A DNA stretch of 64,000 nucleotides from Candidatus Spongiisociaceae bacterium (GTDB taxonomy: Bacteria; Actinomycetota; Acidimicrobiia; Spongiisociales; Spongiisociaceae). The position numbers and the translations under genes are program-made. Location: NCBI GenBank assembly GCA_965262915.1, contig OZ253564.1, positions 96,001-160,000 on the forward strand, in the 5' to 3' direction. Each line of letters opens with the position of its first letter. Positions within the stretch are counted from its first letter, which is position 1. Positions 29,404 to 37,913 of this stretch are shown in pieces. A model generated the notes under the pieces. That model was not told the DNA's origin. It made no database searches and worked only from the letters and a program-made list of their open reading frames with translations.

Positions 29404-30462
29404 TCACAGGTGGATCACCTGCTGGGTCTCGGCTGATTCGTAGGCGGCGAAGACGACTTCCATGGTCTTGGCATTGTCGGACGCCACGGTGACCGGAGGG
29501 ATGCCATTGTCCAGGTAGTCGAGGAAGGCCATGTAGCAGCCGACGGTTCCCTCCCTGAGCTCGTCCGCCGGCCAGGGAGCCGAATACCCGACCGTGTGCC
29601 CGCCCGGGGACTTGGTGTCCGTCGGTGGATAGTGCCAGCCCTCGAGACCAGGCTTGTCGGTATAGATCCTGTAAGGGTGCTCGGGCTGGTTGATGAACAC
29701 CGAGCCGAGGGTGCCGTCGATCCGCATCCGCATCACGTACTGGTCGCCGCGGGCCGACACCCAGCACTCATCGATACGGGCGATCACCCCGTTGTCGAAC
29801 TCCATCGTGATCATCGCGAAGTTCTCCCCGGCCAACTCCTGGGTCTGGATCTGGCGGGTCATCGCATGCACCCGTGCCACGTCATCATCGACCAGGTGGC
29901 GGATCACGTCTATGTAATGCACGTCCTGCTCGTACATGAGGAACCGTTCCTGGTCCCGCCGGTAGGTGGGGTCGATGTCGTTGATGAACTCCTCCACCCG
30001 GACGTGGAAGAGGTCACCTATCAGCCCGGCGTCGATCCGCGCCTTGGCGTCGATCACGTCCGGGTACCACCAGAAGTTCTCGGCGATCATGAACTTGATG
30101 TCGCTGTCCTCCACCACCTGGACGAGTTCCGCCACCTCCTCGGGTGAGGCGGCCATCGGCTTCTCGCATATCACATGCACGCCGGCCGCGGCCGCCGCCT
30201 TGGTGACCGCCAAGTGGAGGAAGGGAGGCACGCAGACGGAGACGATGTCCAGGTCGGCCTGGCTGATCATCTCCTCGAACGAGCCGTACACGTCGGGGAT
30301 CCCGAACTCGTCCGCCCGCTCCCGGGCCAGGTCCATGTTGAGGTCGGCTATCGCCACCGTCTCCACGCCTTCCACGCGCTGCTGGACGGGCAGGTGGTAG
30401 ACCGAGGCGGCGAACCCCGCCCCCACACATCCGACCCTGTAATTACCGTCGCGTCCGGCCAC
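29404..30462 (-). CDS. Gfo/Idh/MocA family oxidoreductase
   Basis: VGCVGAG, ICEKPM, EQDVHYID; GTG start after RBS gaggagg. Confidence 0.9.
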   Translation of the reverse strand: MAGRDGNYRVGCVGAGFAASVYHLPVQQRVEGVETVAIADLNMDLARERADEFGIPDVYGSFEEMISQADLDIVSVCVPPFLHLAVTKAAAAAGVHVICEKPMAASPEEVAELVQVVEDSDIKFMIAENFWWYPDVIDAKARIDAGLIGDLFHVRVEEFINDIDPTYRRDQERFLMYEQDVHYIDVIRHLVDDDVARVHAMTRQIQTQELAGENFAMITMEFDNGVIARIDECWVSARGDQYVMRMRIDGTLGSVFINQPEHPYRIYTDKPGLEGWHYPPTDTKSPGGHTVGYSAPWPADELREGTVGCYMAFLDYLDNGIPPVTVASDNAKTMEVVFAAYESAETQQVIHL

Positions 30463-30481
30463 TGCTCCTCCTCGATCCCTG

Positions 30482-30955
30482 CTAGTGGTCTAGATCCATT
30501 TCTGCGTACCTGGCGCTGATGTCGTCCCACGGCACCAGGGTGTCCGCCCACCAGTGGAGGCGGCCCAGGTACACGCTGAGTTCATGGGTGTATGCCAGGT
30601 ACTCCTCCCGGGTCTCTATGTGATCCAGCGCGTCAAGCGAACTCCGGACCAGGTCGACGCTGTCATCCAGCCCATACCAGTTGTGGAGGATGCCCAATTG
30701 AGCATCGCAGAACATCCGCACCACCTGCTTGAGCGTCTCGAGATCCAGCGACGGGTCCCGCCCGGCGTTGCGCAGCACGGCCATGTCGTCGGCGAAGGCC
30801 CGTGTGTTCTCCTCCGCGCAGATGATCATCGGCCAGCCATAGCCCTTGGTGCCCCGCCGGGTGCGCAACCGGCGCACCTCCTCCGGCATCTCGTACCAGA
30901 TGGCGCTGGTAGCGCGGTTGAGCACCGAGATGGTATTCGCAACCCTGTAATCCAT
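30482..30955 (-). CDS. Stand-alone cucumopine synthase/McbB C-terminal helical-bundle-like protein
   Basis: IW...PEEVRRLR, LETLKQ, LDHIETREEY...T..L..Y..RLH.W....PW resemble the Cucumopine_C domain as recalled; no HMM run. Confidence 0.65.
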   Translation of the reverse strand: MDYRVANTISVLNRATSAIWYEMPEEVRRLRTRRGTKGYGWPMIICAEENTRAFADDMAVLRNAGRDPSLDLETLKQVVRMFCDAQLGILHNWYGLDDSVDLVRSSLDALDHIETREEYLAYTHELSVYLGRLHWWADTLVPWDDISARYAEMDLDH

Positions 30956-31026
30956 GAGTCAGACCATCCTATCGGCCGATGTCAGGGCATCGCCAGCCGC
31001 GACACGATCCCTGCCGGCAGCCGGCG

Positions 31027-32073
31027 TCACGCCACTTCCGCAGCGAGGGCCAAGGCGCGGGCCGGGTTGTCGATGACGGTTCCGTAGAGGGTGTCGACGG
31101 ACATGCCCCGATCTCTCAGTGACGGGAGGATGACGTTCATGATGTGGTCCCACCCGGGTCCGCCGAAGCTCGACAGGCGGGCCTTGAGCCCGATGTCGTG
31201 GGCGAACAGCAGCTTGTCGCCCAAGCCGTCCTCCACCATCCACTCCACGGTCGACATCCGGTCGTCGTCGGATACGTAGACACCGTCCGTCGGGCAGGGA
31301 TGGCCCCAGTCGTCCAGCTCGAGGAAGGTGTCGTAAGTAACTATCTCCTCCAGGTAGGGCCGGTCGTCCGTACAAAGGTCCAGGTGTCCGGCGATCACCC
31401 GGCTGGGATGCACCCCGTGCTCGGTGATCAGGAACTCGAGAATGGAGGGCATCAGGCGCTGCTCGTGGAGGGCGTGGATCTGGATGGCGGCTCCGGTGGC
31501 GTGGTGGGTGATGGCGGACGCCTCCAGCACCTTCCACTCGTTGGGTGTAACCGGGTCGGAGGTGCCGATCTCCCCGATGAGCCCGCACCGGATGTCGGTC
31601 CCGTCCGCCCCCGTGGTGATGTCGCCGATCATCCCGTCGGCCAGCTCCCGGGCGGTCATGGAGTCCACGTACCAGGGGTGGGCGTGGTCGACGTAGTACC
31701 CGGTTCCGGAGATGATGTTGATCCCGACGTCGTCGGCGATCTTGCGGAGCCCCCACACGTCCCTGCCGAGACCGAGGTTCGAGGAGTCGACCACGCTCCG
31801 CCCCAGGGCCATCTTGAACCGCCGGATCTCCTGGGCGCTGAGACGCCAGTCGGTGTTGATCAGGTTGTCGCGGCTGCGGTAGGGGAACTCGCGGAGCAGC
31901 GCGGCGTTGTGGGGGGTGACCGGAACGTACGAATCGGAACCCAGGCCCCGGTGGTTTCCCTCCAGGAACCACATCAGGCACGTGAACAGCAGATGCTCGT
32001 GCATCAGGGTCACCCCGAGTTGATCCGGCTCGATGGGACCGTTGACCGTGATGACTTTCCCCAGGTCTTTCAT
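31027..32073 (-). CDS. Phosphotriesterase-family (PHP-like) metallohydrolase, copy 1
   Basis: TLMHEHL, GTGYY, GLIGEIG, IQIH, GHLD, HDIG. Confidence 0.9.
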   Translation of the reverse strand: MKDLGKVITVNGPIEPDQLGVTLMHEHLLFTCLMWFLEGNHRGLGSDSYVPVTPHNAALLREFPYRSRDNLINTDWRLSAQEIRRFKMALGRSVVDSSNLGLGRDVWGLRKIADDVGINIISGTGYYVDHAHPWYVDSMTARELADGMIGDITTGADGTDIRCGLIGEIGTSDPVTPNEWKVLEASAITHHATGAAIQIHALHEQRLMPSILEFLITEHGVHPSRVIAGHLDLCTDDRPYLEEIVTYDTFLELDDWGHPCPTDGVYVSDDDRMSTVEWMVEDGLGDKLLFAHDIGLKARLSSFGGPGWDHIMNVILPSLRDRGMSVDTLYGTVIDNPARALALAAEVA

Positions 32074-32177
32074 GGATCCTCCGTTGTCATGTTCCGCCGA
32101 CAATAGACGCAGCTATTGCACCTCGCATCACGGCCGGTCTGCACCGCCCGATATCGCGAAAGTGGATCCGGACGCGG

Positions 32178-33152
32178 CTACTCAGGACGACCCCCCGGTG
32201 GGGGTGGTTGGCCGGCCATGTCGTAGGGGTCTCCGGCGGTCAGGTCCCACCCGTCGAGCCCGGCCTCAGCTTCTCGAGCCACCTTGTGGATGAGGCGGCC
32301 GGCCTCCGAACCAGCCAGACGGTCGGCGGCGTAGCGGGACACGACGATACTCGTCCGGGCCATGTAGTACGCATGAGGTACCAGGGTGTCCAAAGACCAG
32401 TCGGCATACTCGTATGACCCTGCCTCACGCCACTTCGACGCCATCTCCGGGGTCACCTCGACGAACATCCCCCGGAGATGATCCCGCTGCTCGACGGGGA
32501 GAGCCCCCAACAGATTCCCGAGGTCGTGGGTGCGGGCGGGTCGGCTACCTCCGAGATGGATCAGAGCCTTGAGCGCGGTTTCCATCGCCATCTGGGCGTC
32601 GGCGCATAGACGACACATACGGTTCCTCATCCCGAAGAGGTAGTAACCGGGATCACGGTCCTCCAGAGCACCTGATTCGGTGAGACCCATCACCAGTTGA
32701 TCGTGCACGCCGGATAGTGCCCGGAGGGCGTTGTGGAGGCGGCCGGCAGCCTCTTCCCTGTTGGTGGCAGGCATACCGATCTCCTTCCCCCAGCGCACAC
32801 CGTCCGGTTCCCGGTGATACAACGTGACAGCATCGGCGGTGATGGCACACTCCAGCGAAGTCGACACTTCCGTGGCGCGACGGGTCCACTCCGGCCAGTC
32901 GGTAACATACACGAACACACGGCGACCGGCCGCCTCGTCGGCCAGCCGTCCGAGTTCGTGCGATCTCTCACGCCGGATCGAGTAGTCGAGATCGTCATGG
33001 ATCGCTACCAGGTCGATGTCGCTGTCCGGGCCCGCGTCGCCGCGGGCCACCGACCCGAACACCAGCACCTCCGACACCCCCTCCACCGCGACCGCCTCGG
33101 CTGCTCTCTCGGCGTCCGCCATGCACGGCGGGGATATCAGGGTCGTTGCCAT
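32178..33152 (-). CDS. Fused minimal nucleotidyltransferase (MNT)-HEPN protein
   Basis: FGSVARG...DSDIDL; C-terminal AQMAMETALKAL, RTHDL. Confidence 0.85.
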   Translation of the reverse strand: MATTLISPPCMADAERAAEAVAVEGVSEVLVFGSVARGDAGPDSDIDLVAIHDDLDYSIRRERSHELGRLADEAAGRRVFVYVTDWPEWTRRATEVSTSLECAITADAVTLYHREPDGVRWGKEIGMPATNREEAAGRLHNALRALSGVHDQLVMGLTESGALEDRDPGYYLFGMRNRMCRLCADAQMAMETALKALIHLGGSRPARTHDLGNLLGALPVEQRDHLRGMFVEVTPEMASKWREAGSYEYADWSLDTLVPHAYYMARTSIVVSRYAADRLAGSEAGRLIHKVAREAEAGLDGWDLTAGDPYDMAGQPPPPGGRPE

Positions 33153-33175
33153 GCCCGTGATCCTACCGGCGCCGG

Positions 33176-34315
33176 TCACTCGTAGGCCGGGACCGCACAT
33201 CCCGTGAACACCTCGGTCCCTTCGGTGGTAATGACCAGGACATCCTCGATCGTGTAGGCCCCAACCCCGGGGACGCCCATGATCAGCTCCAGAGTCATCA
33301 CCACGTTGGGGCGCAGAACGACATCAGGTGTCTGGTCCGCCAGCCAGGGCATCTCCACAACCTCTATCCCTATACCGTGGCTGGCGTGGATCAGGTGACG
33401 GGGATCGACCCCGTTGTCCTCGAGAACTTCCCTAATGGTCCGGTCCACCAAGCCGAAGGTCACGCCGGCTCTCATCACACCCAGGGCTGCAGCTCTGGCC
33501 TCGAGCATCCCGTGCCGGACCCTCTTCAATGCGTCGGGCGCCGGTCCGAAATGCGAGGTGCGGGTGAAGTCGGAGCGGTAGCCCTTGTACTTGGCGCCCA
33601 GATCGATCATCACGGAGTCGCCCCGGCCGATCCTTCGCTCCGTCGCGCCGTAGGTCACGCCGCCGAACCGCTCCCCGGAGGACACGATGGGGGAGTAGGC
33701 AACGTTGTGAGCGCCGTGCCCCAACATGGACTCCATCGCGGCCGCGGCCACATCCACCTCCCTCATCCCGTAGATGTTCGGGAGAACATCAACCATCGCC
33801 AGGTCGGCTATCCGGGCCGACCTGCGCACCCGGCTGACCTCCTCGTCGGATTTGACCATGCGCAGTTCGTACACGAGTCGGGTCGCGTCGACGAGTTCCA
33901 CCGCCGGTAGGGTGGCCTCCAGTCTCTTGGAGAGGTTGTGCGGAAGGAAACTACCCTCGACCCCTAAGGTGCGGACACCGCTCGATATGCGTCTTGCGAC
34001 GACAGACGCCGGGTCTTCGGGCTGGTCGTACACGACGTGGTCCAACCAGGTGACCGTATTCATGATCCCGGGACTGGTAACCGCGTAGTAGATGAACTCT
34101 GCGGAGTCCTCGGAGACGTATATGAGCTTTCCGATGCCCTGCGATGTCTCCATGGGCTGGAAGTCGACCAGGTCGATGCCCGTCAGGTACTCGAGGTTGC
34201 TCGGGCTCAGTATGACGAGCGCGTCGATGTCCGCCGCCCGCATGCTCCGGCGCAATTCCCGGATCCTGCGCGTGAAGTCCGCCAACGCGTCCTTGTCCGT
34301 TGGTTCTGCGTACAT
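33176..34315 (-). CDS. M24 family (Xaa-Pro peptidase/creatinase-like) hydrolase
   Basis: YLTG, LRMVKSDEE, IDLGAKYKGYRSDFTRT, HGIG, IEDVL. Confidence 0.88.
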   Translation of the reverse strand: MYAEPTDKDALADFTRRIRELRRSMRAADIDALVILSPSNLEYLTGIDLVDFQPMETSQGIGKLIYVSEDSAEFIYYAVTSPGIMNTVTWLDHVVYDQPEDPASVVARRISSGVRTLGVEGSFLPHNLSKRLEATLPAVELVDATRLVYELRMVKSDEEVSRVRRSARIADLAMVDVLPNIYGMREVDVAAAAMESMLGHGAHNVAYSPIVSSGERFGGVTYGATERRIGRGDSVMIDLGAKYKGYRSDFTRTSHFGPAPDALKRVRHGMLEARAAALGVMRAGVTFGLVDRTIREVLEDNGVDPRHLIHASHGIGIEVVEMPWLADQTPDVVLRPNVVMTLELIMGVPGVGAYTIEDVLVITTEGTEVFTGCAVPAYE

Positions 34316-34485
34316 TCGATACTCCATCCGGGGCACTAGCAGAACGGGGCCTTCCATCCCAGGTGCCCGGCAGTACAGGATACGTCCGATCAATAAGGAT
34401 TGCTTTTGCTTCCGCTCACCGAACCGGACCAGCCCGGGAACGGTGTATATCCTGGCTGACAGGTCAGGAAGAGGGGGAACACCGG

Positions 34486-35460
34486 ATGGCAGGCCAACCG
34501 GCAATCGTCGAGGCCGGGACTCGGGGAGCGCCGGGAGTGACCCTGGGCGCTGTCGCCTTTGCCCACACCTACGACAAGGAGAAGAACCTGGGTCGCTTCG
34601 AGGGCCTCATCGAGACCGCCGCGGGGCGTGGCGTCGATCTTCTTGTCTTTCCGGAGGCGGGGCTGAACGGCGCGGCGTGGAGTGCGGCTGGGGCGTGGGA
34701 GGGACCGCCCGAAGCCCTACGCCATCATTACCAGACCTCGGAGACCATTCCGGGCCCGACGACCGACCGGCTCTGCTCCGTTGCCGGCCGGCACGACATG
34801 ATTCTGGCCGTCCACATGACCGAGCGTCATCGCCATTACGGGAAGGGTAAAGGCGGGTTGTACAGCTCGGCTGTGCTCCTCTCGGGCGAGGGGGTTCTCC
34901 ACGTCCATCGCAAGGTTCACATCGCGGGGCCCGAACGTCACGTCTTCCGCAACGGACGAGAGATCGCCGCTGTGGACACTCCGGTCGGACGCCTGGCCAT
35001 GGCGATCTGCTACGACATCGTCTTCCCCGAGACGGCTCGCGTTGCCGCGGTCGAGGGAGCGGACATCCTGCTGTTCCAGACCGCTTGGTCACAGGCTTTC
35101 GATCCGCCGTTCCTGGACCACGACCCGGCCTTCGCCGGGACATCGAACTACTCGCTCAGCTCCCTGCTGGGGGTCCGGGCGTTCGAGAACCAGATGTGGA
35201 TCGTCGTGTCGAGTGCCGCCGGGCTGGACGAACGTCTCGGTCTGACCTGGTGGGGCGAAGCGAAGATCGTGGGACCCGACGGTGTCACGCGCGTGCAAAC
35301 ACCGCTGGGAGAGGAGGGCATCGCGATCGCGTACGGCTGCGCGGTCGACGAGGAGATCATCCGCTCCCGGACCGAGACGTACTGGGGTGATAGCTTTCTC
35401 TTCGATCGGAGGCCCCGCGCCTACTCGTCCATCGCCGATGAGGACAAGCTCTATCCCTAG
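34486..35460 (+). CDS. Carbon-nitrogen hydrolase (nitrilase/amidase) family
   Basis: Glu-Lys-Cys triad: FPEAG, HRKVH, ICYD; RAFEN. Confidence 0.9.
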   Translation: MAGQPAIVEAGTRGAPGVTLGAVAFAHTYDKEKNLGRFEGLIETAAGRGVDLLVFPEAGLNGAAWSAAGAWEGPPEALRHHYQTSETIPGPTTDRLCSVAGRHDMILAVHMTERHRHYGKGKGGLYSSAVLLSGEGVLHVHRKVHIAGPERHVFRNGREIAAVDTPVGRLAMAICYDIVFPETARVAAVEGADILLFQTAWSQAFDPPFLDHDPAFAGTSNYSLSSLLGVRAFENQMWIVVSSAAGLDERLGLTWWGEAKIVGPDGVTRVQTPLGEEGIAIAYGCAVDEEIIRSRTETYWGDSFLFDRRPRAYSSIADEDKLYP

Positions 35461-35490
35461 TATGGACACACCCAAGACATGGAGGGGCTG

Positions 35491-35676
35491 ATGAAGGTCG
35501 ACCGGATCCTCTGGCTCGTGTCCGATACCGTGCGCGCCGACTATCCCGGCTACGCCGGCGGCCACGTTCACACCCCGAACCTCGACGCCCTGGCAGCCCG
35601 CTCGACGGTGTTCAACCGTCACCTGTGCCGGGTGTCAGGTGCCGGGTGTCGGGTATCAGGTGCCGGGTGCCGTTGA
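35491..35676 (+). pseudogene. Sulfatase N-terminal fragment truncated by a heptamer repeat
   Basis: ILWLVSDTVRAD..GYAG...HTPNLDALAARSTVFNRH, then the frame runs into the repeat and stops before the catalytic CxPxR motif. Confidence 0.75.
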
Positions 35677-35720
35677 CGATCATCAAGGACTGACACCTAG
35701 CACCTGGCACCTAGCACCTG
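35625..35720. repeat. Inverted arrays of 7-bp repeats
   Basis: Seven units like gtgccgg/gtgtcag, a 16-bp spacer, then four reverse-complement units ctgacac/ctagcac/ctggcac. Confidence 0.8.
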
Positions 35721-35835
35721 TTTCCGGATGCCGGTAGTCGGGGGCGAGCACCGAGACGGGTTTTGGTTATGGTGATCACACCAACGTCACGCCTCGCGGC
35801 CCGGGTCGGGAGAGGCGGAAGGAAAGGGGACGACC

Positions 35836-36726
35836 ATGATCATCGATAGCCACGTATGGCTCTCGAAGCCGGAGCACTGGGGCGGGAAGGGCGTGATGGA
35901 CGACGCCATGTACGCGGCCGGGTGGGGCGCCCGCGGTCTGGGTACCAAGACGGGGCTCGTCCAGGGTATGAGCCCTGAGCAGATGATCGAGCGGATGGAC
36001 GAGGCCGGCGTCGACATGGCGGTGTGCCACGCGAGCAAGGTGCCTCACCTGAACTCCGAGGTCCCCCCCTCGTTCGTGGCTGCGGCGGTGGAGAAGTACC
36101 CCGACCGTTACATCGGGCTCGGCAGCGTCGACCTGTTCGGGGGCCTGAGCGCGCTGCGCGAGATGGAGGAGATCGTCGACATGGGCCTGGTGGGTATGAA
36201 GATCTCGCCCGCCAGCAGCTTCGACATGCCTCTCAACGACGTCTCGATCATGCCGATCTACGAGAAGGCGGAAGAACTAGGGATGGTCATTTTCGTGCAT
36301 ACGGGATGGTCCGGGTACTTCCTGCTCAAGAACCAGCATCCCCTCCTCCTCGACGACGTGGCGGTGCGCTTCCCCGATCTGAAGCTGTTGGTGGTCCATG
36401 CCGGGGAGAACTACTACGAGGAAGTGGTGATGATGATGCTGAAGAACCCCAACATGTACGCCAACACCGGTTGGTGGGGATTCCTGCAGCCTCTCGAGAC
36501 CAACATCCGGTTCCTCAAGTACGCCAAGCACTTCATGGTGCTCGACAAAGTGCTGTGGGGAACCGACAACTACGACTGCCGCGACGATGTCCCGTTCGTG
36601 AAGTCCCTGCCCGCTCAGGCGGCCGAACACAACATCGCCCCCGGGCTGCCGGAACTCACCGACGATGACATCGCCGACTACATGGGTAACAACGCGGCCC
36701 GCCTGTTCGGTGTAGGAGAGTGCTGA
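35836..36726 (+). CDS. Amidohydrolase_2 family protein, copy 1
   Basis: IIDSHVW, MDEAGVD, FVHTG, FPDLKLLVVHAG, LWGTD. Confidence 0.88.
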   Translation: MIIDSHVWLSKPEHWGGKGVMDDAMYAAGWGARGLGTKTGLVQGMSPEQMIERMDEAGVDMAVCHASKVPHLNSEVPPSFVAAAVEKYPDRYIGLGSVDLFGGLSALREMEEIVDMGLVGMKISPASSFDMPLNDVSIMPIYEKAEELGMVIFVHTGWSGYFLLKNQHPLLLDDVAVRFPDLKLLVVHAGENYYEEVVMMMLKNPNMYANTGWWGFLQPLETNIRFLKYAKHFMVLDKVLWGTDNYDCRDDVPFVKSLPAQAAEHNIAPGLPELTDDDIADYMGNNAARLFGVGEC

Positions 36727-36815
36727 GAAACCCCCCGCTGGCCCACGGTCGATGACAAGATGCCACGTCAGCGAACGACGGGCCAGCCATTTACCTGTTT
36801 TTCAGCATTCTCCTA
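36713..36815. mobile_element. MITE-like element, family B
   Basis: Terminal inverted repeats taggagagtgctgagaaa...tttttcagcattctccta; ends homologous to 43374-43491. Confidence 0.65.
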
Positions 36816-36856
36816 GGCACCGGCTGACCGCGTCAGAGCCCGTATAACCTCGGAGT

Positions 36857-37792
36857 ATGCGGGCTGTAGTGATGCATTCGGCCGGTTCGCCGGTCGTGAT
36901 CGAGGAGCGGGTCCCACCGAACCCCGGCCCGGGGCTCGTGGTGGAGGTACTGGCGTGCGGGGTGTGCCATACCGATCTCCACCTGCTCGAGAGCGAGCAC
37001 ACCCGCACCCCGCACGTGCTGGGCCATGAGATCGTGGTTGCCGACTCTGGCGGGGAACCGTGCCTCGTCTATGCCAGTTGGGGATGCGGGCAATGCGGAC
37101 ACTGCCGGTCAGGGGACGAGGCGATGTGTCCGAATGTGGAGATCGTCGGGGTACATGCCGATGGTGGCTACGCGCAGGCTCTGGTGATCCCCGACCAGAG
37201 CTATCTCTACCCCATCGGAGACTTGGACCCGGCCATGGCGGCGCCGCTCGCCGACGCGGGGGCTACCTCCTATCGGGCTGTTCGCAGGGCTATGCCGGCG
37301 TCCCGGGCGGTCGTCATCGGGATCGGCGGTCTGGGCCAGTTCGCAATCCAGTGGTTGCGGCTGGCGGATTGTCGCGTGACCGCCGTCGACACGGCACCGG
37401 AGAAGCGCCTCCGAGCGATCGCTCTCGGCGCCGACGAGGCTCTTCCCCCGGAAGCCGACATGGCACCCGCCCCGGTCGTCCTCGACTTCGTCGGCACCGC
37501 GGAATCGTTGGAGTTGGCCAAGTCGGTAGTGGAGCGACAAGGGAGGATCGTGATCGTCGGAGGGGGCGGAGGGACCATCGCGGTCGGCATGGAGACGATC
37601 CCCTACGAGACATGGGTCACCACGTCCATCATGGGATCTCGTCCCGATGTCGCCGCGGTGCTCGACCATGCGCAACGCGGCGACATCGAATGTCACGTCG
37701 AAGAGGTCCCTCTAGAGGATGCCCACTCGGCCCTGGACCGCTTGCGAGCCGGAGCGGTCACCGGTCGTCTGGTGCTGAAACCAACTCGTTGA
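36857..37792 (+). CDS. Zn-dependent alcohol dehydrogenase
   Basis: GVCHTD, LGHE, CGQCGHC...C, GIGGLG. Confidence 0.92.
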   Translation: MRAVVMHSAGSPVVIEERVPPNPGPGLVVEVLACGVCHTDLHLLESEHTRTPHVLGHEIVVADSGGEPCLVYASWGCGQCGHCRSGDEAMCPNVEIVGVHADGGYAQALVIPDQSYLYPIGDLDPAMAAPLADAGATSYRAVRRAMPASRAVVIGIGGLGQFAIQWLRLADCRVTAVDTAPEKRLRAIALGADEALPPEADMAPAPVVLDFVGTAESLELAKSVVERQGRIVIVGGGGGTIAVGMETIPYETWVTTSIMGSRPDVAAVLDHAQRGDIECHVEEVPLEDAHSALDRLRAGAVTGRLVLKPTR

Positions 37793-37913
37793 AGCCCCGA
37801 CGAAGCCATCGTGGCGTCCATCGTCCGAGCCATATCCAGCTCATTTCCTCGGGTCTTGAACCTGTCACGCGCATCCGGCATATCGGGTCGGATAGCGCTG
37901 GAGAGGGTCGTTC

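Noticed and set aside
24828-32073. Assignment of the BMC to carboxysome, PDU, EUT, GRM or aminoacetone (RMM/AAU) types
   Set aside because: No RuBisCO, B12 lyase or dehydratase, glycyl radical enzyme, or aminotransferase/kinase/SDR set in the locus.
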